From Candidatus Bathyarchaeota archaeon (lineage in GTDB: Archaea > Thermoproteota > Bathyarchaeia > Bathyarchaeales > Bathycorpusculaceae), in the NCBI GenBank assembly GCA_963811105.1, contig CAWEPZ010000011.1, forward strand, positions 32,001 through 96,000: a stretch of 64,000 nucleotides of DNA, read 5' to 3'. The notes under the pieces were generated by a model. The model was given only the letters and a program-made list of their open reading frames with translations. It searched no databases and was not told the origin of the DNA. The position numbers and the translations under genes are program-made. Each line of letters starts with the position of its first letter. Positions within the stretch are counted from its first letter, which is position 1. This document shows, piece by piece, positions 48,480 through 57,693 of this stretch.

Positions 48480-49924
48480 TGTGTGCACCTCAATTCTTGA
48501 TTGAAAAGGGTTTGATTCCCCTTTTTTGTTAAGTAATCGTCTATCGCTTTTGCAGCGCGTTTGCCCGTTCCCATCGCGCTGATAACCGTTGCTTCGCCTG
48601 TCATGATGTCTCCGCCTGTATAGACGCCATCTATGCTTGTTTTTCCTGTTGTTTGGTCGGCGACTATAGTGCCCCTTGTTGTTGTTTTTAGATTCTCTGT
48701 AACGCTTTGAATTATTGGGTTAGGTGTTCTGCCTATTGCGACTATTACTGTGTCAATATCTATCAGGGTTTCTGATCCCTTAATTGGGACTCCTCGTCTC
48801 CTGCCTGAATCATCTGGTTCACCGAGTTCCATGGAGACAAGCTCTATTTGCTTCACGTTGCCCTTTTCATCGCCAAGGAAACGCGTTGGTGTAGCAAGGA
48901 ATTTGCAGGTAATGCCTTCTTCTTCGGCATTTACTAATTCTTCGGCTCTTGCAGGTAACTCTTCTCTTGATCGCCTGTAGATTATACAAACATGCTCAGC
49001 TCCAAGCCTTAATGCGCATCTTGCTGAATCCATCGCAACGTTACCTCCACCAATAACAGCCACTTTTTTGCCGACTTTGATAGGCGTGTCAGATTCAGGG
49101 AATCGGTAGGATTTCATCATGTTAACTCTTATAAGGAATTCATTGGCTGAATAGATACCTCCGAGGTTTTCACCTGGAACGCCAAGGAACAGTGGCAGTC
49201 CTGCGCCTGACCCGATGAAGATTGCATCGAACCCTTTCTGGAATAATTCTTCAATAGTGAATAGTCGACCTATCAATGCGTCTGAATGAAATTTTACGCC
49301 GAGTCTTTTCACGTAGTCTACTTCTGCTTGAACTATTTTTTTAGGTAGTCTGAATTCTGGAATGCCATAGACAAGAACGCCGCCCGCTAAGTGCAGTGCC
49401 TCGAACACTGTTACGTCGTGGCCGAGTTTCGCTAAGTCAGATGCTGCCGTTAGACCTGATGGTCCAGCTCCGACTACAGCTACTCTTCTGCCTGTCGGTT
49501 TTGTTAATATTGGAAGAGTTAGCCCCTTTTCTCTTGCGAGATCTGCAACGAATCGTTCCAGCCTTCCAATTGATATTGGGTCACCAATTTTTCCGAGTGT
49601 GCAGTTTTTTTGGCATTGCACTTCTTGCGGACATACTCTTCCACATATAGCGGGTAAACTGTTTTTTTCCTTCACTTTCTTTATTGCGGCATCGTACTTT
49701 CTTTCTTTTATCAGTTTAATGAAAACTGGAATTTCAACTCCGACTGGGCAACCTTCAATGCATTGAGGTTTGGAGCAGTTTAGGCATCTTTGAGCTTCAA
49801 GCAGAGCCTGGTCTTCAGTATAACCCAATGCAACCTCGTTGAAGTTAGAGGCGCGGCTCTTTGGGTCAAGTTTCTCCACTGGCACAGCTATCTTTCTAGA
49901 TTGTGGTCTCAGTGTTGCCTGCAT
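48476..49924 (-). CDS. nfnB: NfnB/SudA (GltD-like) large subunit of bifurcating transhydrogenase
   Basis: EAQRCLNC..P.C..GCPV, CGRVCPQE, GAGPSG, YGIPEFRLP, GGGNVAMD and GGDIMTGEATV. Adjacent to nfnA. Confidence 0.92.
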   Translation of the reverse strand: MQATLRPQSRKIAVPVEKLDPKSRASNFNEVALGYTEDQALLEAQRCLNCSKPQCIEGCPVGVEIPVFIKLIKERKYDAAIKKVKEKNSLPAICGRVCPQEVQCQKNCTLGKIGDPISIGRLERFVADLAREKGLTLPILTKPTGRRVAVVGAGPSGLTAASDLAKLGHDVTVFEALHLAGGVLVYGIPEFRLPKKIVQAEVDYVKRLGVKFHSDALIGRLFTIEELFQKGFDAIFIGSGAGLPLFLGVPGENLGGIYSANEFLIRVNMMKSYRFPESDTPIKVGKKVAVIGGGNVAMDSARCALRLGAEHVCIIYRRSREELPARAEELVNAEEEGITCKFLATPTRFLGDEKGNVKQIELVSMELGEPDDSGRRRGVPIKGSETLIDIDTVIVAIGRTPNPIIQSVTENLKTTTRGTIVADQTTGKTSIDGVYTGGDIMTGEATVISAMGTGKRAAKAIDDYLTKKGNQTLFNQELRCTQ

Positions 49925-50811
49925 TTACATATTCCTCCCGGTGTTTTTTCGTGGTAATCGAGTGCCAATCTCTCTTCAGGTGGGTAAATTTTCAGGCGTC
50001 TTATCAGCTCATCAAAGTTAGTGCTATGAGCATCGAATTCTGGGCCGTCAATGCATGCAAATTTTGTTGCGCCTCCAACAGATACTCGGCACGCACCGCA
50101 CATGCCCATGCCGTCAACCATTATGGGGTTGAGGCTGGCTACTGTTTTGATTCCATATGGACGGGTAACCTCTGATGTGGTTCTCATCATTAAGGGCGGA
50201 CCAATCGCGTATACTACGTCAAACTGGTACTTTTTTGAGATTAAGCATTTTAGTACTTCGCTGACAAAGCCCTTATGTCCTTTTGAGCCATCGTCGGTGG
50301 AGATATAGAGTTCGTCTGAAACCTGTTTCATTTCCTCTTCCAAGATGAGTAAGCCCTCGTTCCTGGCTCCCATAATTGAGACGACAGTATTTCCAGCTTC
50401 CTTTAACGCCTTAGCTATCGGGTAAGCTGCGGCTGTGCCAACGCCTCCACAAACAATGGCTACTGTGCCATAGTTTTTGATGAGGCTTGGATGCCCGAGC
50501 GGTCCTGCCAAGTTCATTATTCTATCTTGTTCTTGTAGGCAGGCGAGTTTTTTGGTCGAGAGGCCGACTTCTTGGAATATTAGCGTGATTGTGCCTGTTT
50601 TGTTTTCCCAATCGGCCAGAGTGAGCGGTATTCTTTCGCCTTCGTCGTCTACTCTTAGAATAACAAATTGACCTGCTTTTGCTTTGGCTGCGATTTCGGG
50701 GGCATAGACTTCTATCTTCTTGACTTGTGGGGATAACTGGTGTGTGTTAAGTATTTGGTTTGTTTCCGTTTCTTCGAGAAGGTTTTGGTTGATTAATTCG
50801 TATGTGCTCAT
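49909..50811 (-). CDS. nfnA: NfnA/SudB (PyrK-like) small subunit
   Basis: GQFVILR, GERIPLT, GPLG, GGVG, TDDGS and DGMGMCGACRV...FACIDGPEFD (Asp/Cys-ligated 2Fe-2S). Confidence 0.92.
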   Translation of the reverse strand: MSTYELINQNLLEETETNQILNTHQLSPQVKKIEVYAPEIAAKAKAGQFVILRVDDEGERIPLTLADWENKTGTITLIFQEVGLSTKKLACLQEQDRIMNLAGPLGHPSLIKNYGTVAIVCGGVGTAAAYPIAKALKEAGNTVVSIMGARNEGLLILEEEMKQVSDELYISTDDGSKGHKGFVSEVLKCLISKKYQFDVVYAIGPPLMMRTTSEVTRPYGIKTVASLNPIMVDGMGMCGACRVSVGGATKFACIDGPEFDAHSTNFDELIRRLKIYPPEERLALDYHEKTPGGICKCRQH

Positions 50812-50824
50812 TGAGCTTCACTCC

Positions 50825-50993
50825 ATATATACAATATATACAGTATATACTAATAAGGCTTGCGTTGCATCAACCAATTTGACTTAAAATCATAGATAAG
50901 CGAAGAATCCAAAAATATTAGCTAGATCAATTAATGGAAAAGCTCTGAAAAGAACACCTTTATTCATTGCTGAAAAGTATATATCATATATAC
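50825..50993. promoter_or_regulatory. Divergent nfnA/phoU control region with repeated RTATATAC boxes
   Basis: Three boxes at 9-bp period (50825, 50834, 50843) and a perfect inverted pair GTATATAT-c-ATATATAC at 50977..50993. Confidence 0.55.
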
Positions 50994-51041
50994 ACCCTAA
51001 TCAAACTAATAAAGAAGAGTGAAACATACAGCGGGTTAACT

Positions 51042-52058
51042 ATGGAAAGAAAAGTAATGTCATTGGGAAAATCATCTCTGGTAATATCGCTTCCAAAGGA
51101 ATGGATGCAACTAAACGATCTAAAGAAAGGCGACGCAATCTCCTTTTCAATTCAAGGCGATCGGTCCCTAATTATTTATCCAAGCAACAAAAAGAAAACA
51201 ATACCTAAAGAGATAACGCTTAACATCGGCGAGAATGAAGAAGAAGTCCTAATTACTCAAAAAATTATAGGCGCTTTCTTGAATGGTTATTCAGGCATAA
51301 CGATTGTTTCCGACAAAATTTTTTCTATTCAACAGTCAAAGGCGATTAGAAGCATAGCTGGAAGTCTCTATATGAGAGTGATGGAGTCCGACGCAAAGGG
51401 AGTTTACATTCAGAGTCTTGCAGATGAGTCTAAAGCTTCACTTGAACAAGCGGTTCAGAGGATGCATTTAATTTCTCAATCTATGTGTTCTGATGCTTTC
51501 AAATCGTTAAAAAATCACGATCTAACTTTAGCAAAAACTGTTTTTTCCCTTGATGATGATGTTGACCATTTTTCGTTCTTTATCCTTCGCTTAATTCGCA
51601 ACGCTGCCCAAGACCCCGTGTTAGCAAACGAGCTTCGCATAGATCCATTGGACTGCTTAGATTATCAATCTCTAGTTTGCAGCATTGAACGCGCTGCAGA
51701 CTACGCGGCAGATATAACTAAACACATAATAATGCTGGATGGAAGAAAGCAGACGATTCCAAATGACGTATTAGAGCTAATGGTCACGGCTGGGAACGAA
51801 GCGATTGACTTGTATACAAAATCAGTTTCGGCGTTTGTTTCAAAAGATGCCGCGTTTGCTGTTGAAATAATGAAGCGCGAGGAGAGAATTGAGAAATTGG
51901 ATATTGAAATAACTTCAAAGTCATTTACTGGAGAACAAAAAACTGCCGAACTGGTTTGCGGCTTATGCTCTATACGTGATGATATCAAAAAGATCGCAGA
52001 TTGTGCTGTCAATATAGCGGAAATTGCGGTAAACCGAGCCTACAAAATCTTGACTTAG
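51042..52058 (+). CDS. phoU: Archaeal AbrB/SpoVT-PhoU family regulator
   Basis: MERKVMSLGKSSLVISLPKEW (AbrB-type domain), DDDVD, IERAADYA and IKKIAD (PhoU repeats). Confidence 0.85.
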   Translation: MERKVMSLGKSSLVISLPKEWMQLNDLKKGDAISFSIQGDRSLIIYPSNKKKTIPKEITLNIGENEEEVLITQKIIGAFLNGYSGITIVSDKIFSIQQSKAIRSIAGSLYMRVMESDAKGVYIQSLADESKASLEQAVQRMHLISQSMCSDAFKSLKNHDLTLAKTVFSLDDDVDHFSFFILRLIRNAAQDPVLANELRIDPLDCLDYQSLVCSIERAADYAADITKHIIMLDGRKQTIPNDVLELMVTAGNEAIDLYTKSVSAFVSKDAAFAVEIMKREERIEKLDIEITSKSFTGEQKTAELVCGLCSIRDDIKKIADCAVNIAEIAVNRAYKILT

Positions 52059-52085
52059 TTTTCTAAAGCAAATGATAGTTGTGAA

Positions 52086-52106
52086 TGGCCTGTTCGGGAT
52101 TTGAAC
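52086..52106 (-). repeat. Degenerate copy of the tRNA 3' end (17/21 match)
   Basis: tggcctgttcgggatttgaac versus tggaccgggcgggatttgaac at 52396. Confidence 0.5.
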
Positions 52107-52395
52107 AGAAATGGGTTCAAAGATTGCTTGGAGTTAATAGAGGCGGGAAGGCAAAAAGGATAAGGGCGAAGGACAACATGTCAGTGTAGGAGAGTCAATC
52201 AAAATAAAAAACAAAGCAAAAAACAAAGCGAAAAATGAAACTAAAAAAGAAAACCAAACAAAAAATAAAGGAAAAAAGGATTGGCAGCAGAGATAAAAAA
52301 GAAACAATTGATGCCAAAATGGGTCGCATGACTCTTAACTTTCCTTTGCTAGTAGATTCTTTGAAAATCAATCCACTTTAGTCCAGTTCTCTTTA

Positions 52396-52470
52396 TGGAC
52401 CGGGCGGGATTTGAACCCGCGGCTTCCGCGTTGCGAACGCGGCGATCATACCAGGCTGATCTACCGGCCC
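52396..52470 (-). tRNA. tRNA-Ala(CGC), no intron, CCA not encoded
   Basis: GGGCCGG...CCGGTCCA acceptor with G3:U70. Anticodon arm CCGCG-TTCGCAA-CGCGG. T-loop GGTTCAAATCC. Confidence 0.97.
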
Positions 52471-52562
52471 TCCGTTGATGCATTTCTGAAAAAATACCCT
52501 GACAAGTGCATTTAGAGCTTTCGGTTAAAAATTTAATCTTAAAAGAATCTTAGGATTGAGGG

Positions 52563-52739
52563 TTACTCTTCGCCGTAGCCGTGTTCTATTCTGCCATGGG
52601 TTCTGCTGTATTCAGACTGATGTTGTTCTTTGTTGGCGCCAAATGTATTCATGTGTTTTTCCAGGTCTGCTTTTGTTAGAAAGATGCAGGCGCAGTGAGG
52701 GCACTTGTGAAGTACATTGTTGTTATGTTCTTCCGTCAT
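52563..52739 (-). CDS. 58-aa C2H2-like zinc-finger protein; below the ORF-track cut-off
   Basis: MTEEHNNNVLHKCPHCACIFLTKADLEKHMNTFGANKEQHQSEYSRTHGRIEHGYGEE*. Confidence 0.75.
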   Translation of the reverse strand: MTEEHNNNVLHKCPHCACIFLTKADLEKHMNTFGANKEQHQSEYSRTHGRIEHGYGEE

Positions 52740-52775
52740 GTTTGCTTCTCTCTTTCGACTTATTCGAATTTCATC

Positions 52776-55700
52776 TTAGTGTATGTTTAGGTGAATTTTT
52801 TTGCCATCTAACTCGGATTCGTGCCAGTCTGCGTCAACTTCGTCAGACCGGCTACTATGCAAATACACTTTGCGCGTTCGCACAAGTCCAGCCATTTGAT
52901 CCAAGTAAGGCTCAAGCAACGCCATGCTTTCCGCATCCAATTCGGCAATATGAACCGACTGCAACACGTCTGTGGGCACAAAACCCATCTCTTTACGGAG
53001 CGCTTGGACACGACGGGCTAAATCACGCATTATTCCCTCGCCGAGCAACTTATCATCTCTTTGCCCGCTTACAAAGACTGTTACATCGTTTTCTTGGCTG
53101 GAAACCCAATTTTCACCACCCACATACTCTGGAACCGATAACCCATATTCTGCAACTTTAACGTTTACTTGTTCCAAAAACAAAGCCTCCAGACACTTCA
53201 ATGCGTCCAGTGTTTTTTGCGGCGCAACTACGATTACTTTGCTAAGCGGCCATCTTCGTTTGAGTTTTCCCTGTTGCCTTGCGGCGTATGCTATTGAAAC
53301 AACTTTCAGTAGAAGGTCAAATTTTTCTTCAAGAGTTTTGTTGCGGATTTTTTCATTCGGAGTTGGCCAAGCGGCGAAGTTGATTGATTCAGGCAGTTGT
53401 GGTTCAAGTTGACGGTATACTTTCTGGTAGAGTACCTCACTGAGGTATGGCGTAATTGGGTTGAAGAGGAGCGTCACTGTTTTTAGTGCATGATGCAGGA
53501 GAGCATAAATGGTTTGGCGTCGCTCAAGAGTTTCCGGTTCATCAGTCCAAAGTTCCTTGCGTATCATGGGCACATAGAGTCTGCTTAGGGTTTCAATTAC
53601 GAAATCGTCCAAAACAGCCACAGCAGCGTTAAATTCACATCGCTCCAGCTTGCCTGTGTAATCTTCAATTTTTTCCTGCAGCACAGATAAGAGCCAAAAA
53701 TCAGCCGCTTGAAGCTTACCCGCAGCAAAAGCCCAGTCCAACGTGTATTTGCTCGGAGTAAACTCGTCGAAAGTGGCATTTTGCATGAAGAACCTGCTCA
53801 AGTGGTATAAGGTAGATAGGACTTGGTATGGGCGCCGGTTAAGTTCTTGCATGTCAAAATTCATGAAGTCAATTGGCGAGCACTTGCGCGTCATGTAAAA
53901 GCGACATAGGTCAGCACTATTCTTTTCAAGAAGCTTTTTGGTTTCAACTACATTGCCTAGGCTTTTGCTCATTTTTCTGCCTTTAGAATCTTGAGTTAAA
54001 CCTTGAAATAGAAAAGCCTTGTAGGGCGATTCCGGTTTGCCTGTTAAGACAATGTATTCAAGCAAAAGCGAGTTTGCCCATCCTCGGGTTTGATCTATGC
54101 CCTCCGTTAAGAACGCGGTTGGCACAAACTTCTCAACTTCCTCATCTGTGAAGCGAGCGTATGGTGAAGCGCCACTGTTATGCCAAGTGTCCAAGACAAA
54201 GTCTTCCCGACGCATGATTCCACCGCATTTTTCACATTTAAGAGTGACTCGGTCAACCCATGGCTTATGCAACTCAAAATTCTCAGGAATCGCCTCCTGA
54301 GCATCTTCAATTAGTTCTTTTTTGCTTCCGATTATGCGTTTGTTGCCGCATTTTTCGCATGCCCAAATTGGAAGTGGCGTACCCCAAATCCGTTCTCGAC
54401 TAATGCACCACGGCTTACCTTCTTTCAAGAAGCCTAGGAAACGGTTTTTTGGCTCTTCAAAGAAGTACTCAACTTTTTCTGCAGCCTCAATCACTTTACT
54501 GTTTAATTTGTCTGTTCGCAAAAAGTATTCTTTTCTTGCAAGCCAAACCAGTTTATGGTGCGAACGCCAACAAGTAGGGTACTCATGTTTTACTTTTGTG
54601 AATTTGACAAAGGAATTACGGTTGCGTAGTTCCTCTACTACAAGCACGTCAGCTTCTCTGGCAAAAACCCCCACAAATAGTCCGGCATCTTTAGTGAATT
54701 TTACTTCGTCATCAAATGGCGCGTAGATTGGTACGCCTCTGCGTTGGGCCGCCCAAAAATCGTCTTCGCCGTTGCCAGGAGAAAGGTGAACCACTCCTGT
54801 AGCTGTGTTTACGTCTACAAAGTCTTCGCCTATTACCTTGTGGACAAGGGGATGTTTGGTTTCGTTTTCAGCCTGCTTGGGAATTAGATCTTTTAGGGGA
54901 TAGTCGTAGCCTGTGCCTTCCAAGCTTGTTCCGGGCATAGAATCTGTAATATGATATTTTATTATATCAAGTTCCTGCATGATTGGTTCGACACGTTGCT
55001 TCATCATGATCCAGATCTCGTCGCCAACTGCCACTTTTACGTATTCAGCATCTGGCTTAACAGCAAGCATAGTGTCGGTTATTATGGTGAAGGGCATAGT
55101 TGTCCAAACGAGGAAAAATTCGTTTTTGCTGCCTGTAACTTTGAATTTGAAGTAAAATGAGGGGTCTTCAACCTCTTTGTAGCTGCCTTCGTAGCCGACT
55201 TCAGCGCTGCTAAGACTGGTTTGGCATCCTGGACAATAAGCAACAACGTAATGTCCTTCTTCAAGCAGGTTTTGATCCCACGCGCGCTTGAGGATTTGCC
55301 ATTCCCGTTCAATATAACTGTCTTTGTAGGTCCAGTAAGCCTTCTCCTGATTGATAAAAACTCCGAGGTTGTTGTCAGCTTCAAGCCACATCGAATGGTA
55401 ACGCATAATGGCTTTTTTGCATTCTTCAACAAAACGTTCCATTCCATACTTCGCGATGGATTCCCGCTTGTTTCGTACGCCCAAAAGCTTCTCAACCTCC
55501 AACTCCACAGGCAAGCCTTGACAATCCCATCCAGCCCAAAACGGCATATAGTAGCCTTCCATGGTTTTCCATCGGTAACGAATATCCTTCATCACCCGAC
55601 CACGGGCGTGACCTATATGCGGAATACCGTTTAATGTGGGCGGTCCTTCGACATAACCTAAAATGCCCTTAGCATCCTTTTCAAGCAATTCAAGTTTCTG

Positions 55701-55805
55701 GCGGATTTGGTTTTTTACCCAGAATTCACGCATTTCTTTTTCTATTTGAAGAGGAGCGTAATTTGTAGGCAAACCTGTTGAATCGTTTTCTTCAGTGGCA
55801 GTCAC
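52776..55805 (-). CDS. ileS: Isoleucine--tRNA ligase (archaeal/type 2)
   Basis: EGPPT..G.PHIGH, GWDCQGLPVE, WTTMP, TGVVH, WCISRER.WGTPLP, EGIDQTRGW and KMSKS. Confidence 0.97.
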   Translation of the reverse strand: MTATEENDSTGLPTNYAPLQIEKEMREFWVKNQIRQKLELLEKDAKGILGYVEGPPTLNGIPHIGHARGRVMKDIRYRWKTMEGYYMPFWAGWDCQGLPVELEVEKLLGVRNKRESIAKYGMERFVEECKKAIMRYHSMWLEADNNLGVFINQEKAYWTYKDSYIEREWQILKRAWDQNLLEEGHYVVAYCPGCQTSLSSAEVGYEGSYKEVEDPSFYFKFKVTGSKNEFFLVWTTMPFTIITDTMLAVKPDAEYVKVAVGDEIWIMMKQRVEPIMQELDIIKYHITDSMPGTSLEGTGYDYPLKDLIPKQAENETKHPLVHKVIGEDFVDVNTATGVVHLSPGNGEDDFWAAQRRGVPIYAPFDDEVKFTKDAGLFVGVFAREADVLVVEELRNRNSFVKFTKVKHEYPTCWRSHHKLVWLARKEYFLRTDKLNSKVIEAAEKVEYFFEEPKNRFLGFLKEGKPWCISRERIWGTPLPIWACEKCGNKRIIGSKKELIEDAQEAIPENFELHKPWVDRVTLKCEKCGGIMRREDFVLDTWHNSGASPYARFTDEEVEKFVPTAFLTEGIDQTRGWANSLLLEYIVLTGKPESPYKAFLFQGLTQDSKGRKMSKSLGNVVETKKLLEKNSADLCRFYMTRKCSPIDFMNFDMQELNRRPYQVLSTLYHLSRFFMQNATFDEFTPSKYTLDWAFAAGKLQAADFWLLSVLQEKIEDYTGKLERCEFNAAVAVLDDFVIETLSRLYVPMIRKELWTDEPETLERRQTIYALLHHALKTVTLLFNPITPYLSEVLYQKVYRQLEPQLPESINFAAWPTPNEKIRNKTLEEKFDLLLKVVSIAYAARQQGKLKRRWPLSKVIVVAPQKTLDALKCLEALFLEQVNVKVAEYGLSVPEYVGGENWVSSQENDVTVFVSGQRDDKLLGEGIMRDLARRVQALRKEMGFVPTDVLQSVHIAELDAESMALLEPYLDQMAGLVRTRKVYLHSSRSDEVDADWHESELDGKKIHLNIH

Positions 55806-56342
55806 TTTTCATTCCCGTACCGCAAAATAAGCTGAAAGGCTAATTAAATGTATTAGTAAGGATGAACTTACTAAATTTAGTATATTCACAGTCAAGGAAA
55901 CTCGTAAATGATATAGCCCACGAATATTTTTCAAACATAGATTTAACTTTTCACCATTTGAATTAATAAGCCAAATTTCATACATTGAAAGTGCATTATT
56001 AAGGTTTTGACAAGATTTCAAGGTTAACTTTTTAGTCTTTTCAACGAGGGGCTAAGCTTGTTTTATGATTATGAGTACTGGTAATCCTGTGAGATACAAG
56101 CTAATTAAATGATTGAATCAGATTTCCTAGCTTCAAAAGATTGTTTAGAATATTGCAGAGGTTTTCAGGTCAGGCAATATTTGGAAGAAGTGGAACTTTT
56201 TCAAACAAACTAAAATTCACCAAATCTATTTTACAATTTTTCCATTACTTGGGACCCAAGTTTGTTCGCCTTCCGTCTATAATCACAAATGGATTATTTT
56301 CACTATTTTCAATTTCTGGTTGTCGTAATAGTTTTTTTGCCA

Positions 56343-56660
56343 TTAATCTTCGTAAAATTCGGAAATACCAAGTTCAGATGTCTTTGGGCCATCTGTGAAA
56401 ATCTTTCCTATTATTCTGTTTGTGTTTTTATAGTAAATTATCGTAGCAAATGTAAGCAATAAAGCTCCAGTGCCTGAACCTACCAAAGACAAAGCGTCTG
56501 CCAAATGGTTGCTAGCAATCCAAGAAATAAGCGAATATGGATTTGCCCAAATGCGAATTGAAATACCGATTCCCCAAACCAAGAATCCTGTTCCGATTAA
56601 ACCTAATAGTACATTATTTTGTTTATTGGGCGCATGTTCATTCCGTTTGTTTTGCCTCAT
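56343..56660 (-). CDS. Small two-TM hypothetical protein
   Basis: 105-aa ORF with two hydrophobic segments. Confidence 0.5.
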   Translation of the reverse strand: MRQNKRNEHAPNKQNNVLLGLIGTGFLVWGIGISIRIWANPYSLISWIASNHLADALSLVGSGTGALLLTFATIIYYKNTNRIIGKIFTDGPKTSELGISEFYED

Positions 56661-56919
56661 CGTTTTTTGGTTTAGTATTCGATATATTTCTTATCAGCGA
56701 TAACAAGTTTAAAAAAGTATGGCAGTTCTGTAGGGGCAAGAATACACTAATCTTCAACAAGAAATGAAAATAGTTTAAGCGATGTTAGAATATATTAGAA
56801 TGGGCAATGAAAGGAAAAGGCTTTGCGGAAAATACAATTATTCTTTTGGTCTACGAGAAATAAGACGCGAAAAGAAGTTGAATAATTACTAATAGCAATT
56901 CTCTCGGGTTTCTTGGCTG

Positions 56920-57537
56920 TTAGTCTAAAGGTTGGTCACAGTAAGGACAATGCCTGACAAGTTTTGGTTTTGACTGGATATACTCTAGCATAAAAAGCGG
57001 CGTACTGAATTCTTTTTTACAGTTCGAGCAAGTTAGTTTTCCGTTCATTGGTTTGCTGGTCTCGATTTTTTGGCTGTTTGTTTTGTTTTGTTCAACAGTT
57101 GGGTATATCGTTTTTTGTGTTGTTTGCTCGGTGATTTTGATTATTGGTTGTTTTGGCGGCTCATTCTTTTGCTCTATTTTGTATTCTTTGCTTTTATTAT
57201 TCATTTTCGGTGTGTTAGTTACTAGCGTGGCTCTAACTAGCGTTTGGTTAGTTGGTTTAATGTTGGAAATGACGGGCATGTAGGTTGTCTGAGGTTTTGT
57301 GATTTTTCGTTTTTTGATAAGATTTACGGTTAAGCCAATAATGACCACAACGGCCGCGCCTGCTACTGCTGCATAAGTGGCAATGTTATGAGCCGTTTCG
57401 TTGCTTATTATCCAGAACATAGAGAACATAGGATTTCCAAAAAAATTGGTTAAATTTCCTACAGCATAAAAAATCAAACTACCTACAATAACAATTAGCG
57501 CTATACGAAGTTTTTGCTCTTTGATTTTTTCTAACAT
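56920..57537 (-). CDS. Membrane protein with low-complexity linker and C-terminal Zn ribbon
   Basis: Two TM segments and CSNC...CPYC. Confidence 0.75.
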   Translation of the reverse strand: MLEKIKEQKLRIALIVIVGSLIFYAVGNLTNFFGNPMFSMFWIISNETAHNIATYAAVAGAAVVVIIGLTVNLIKKRKITKPQTTYMPVISNIKPTNQTLVRATLVTNTPKMNNKSKEYKIEQKNEPPKQPIIKITEQTTQKTIYPTVEQNKTNSQKIETSKPMNGKLTCSNCKKEFSTPLFMLEYIQSKPKLVRHCPYCDQPLD

Positions 57538-57693
57538 TTTTTCGCCGAAGTTTTGGATTGTATATCTTACGGAATGGTCTTCTTCTTAACGGTTTAGCAA
57601 TGATAAATAGAAATTGATCGATTTATTAGCGTTATGAATTATGAATTCCTTTCTTATAATGGAGCTTAATGATTAGAATTAGAAATTGCTGTT

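Noticed and set aside
48476-49924. Glutamate synthase small subunit
   Set aside because: No large subunit is present. Pairing with the PyrK-like gene identifies NfnAB/SudAB.
52556-55634. Plus-strand ORFs overlapping ileS
   Set aside because: Antisense shadows of a long conserved gene, with no recognisable motifs.
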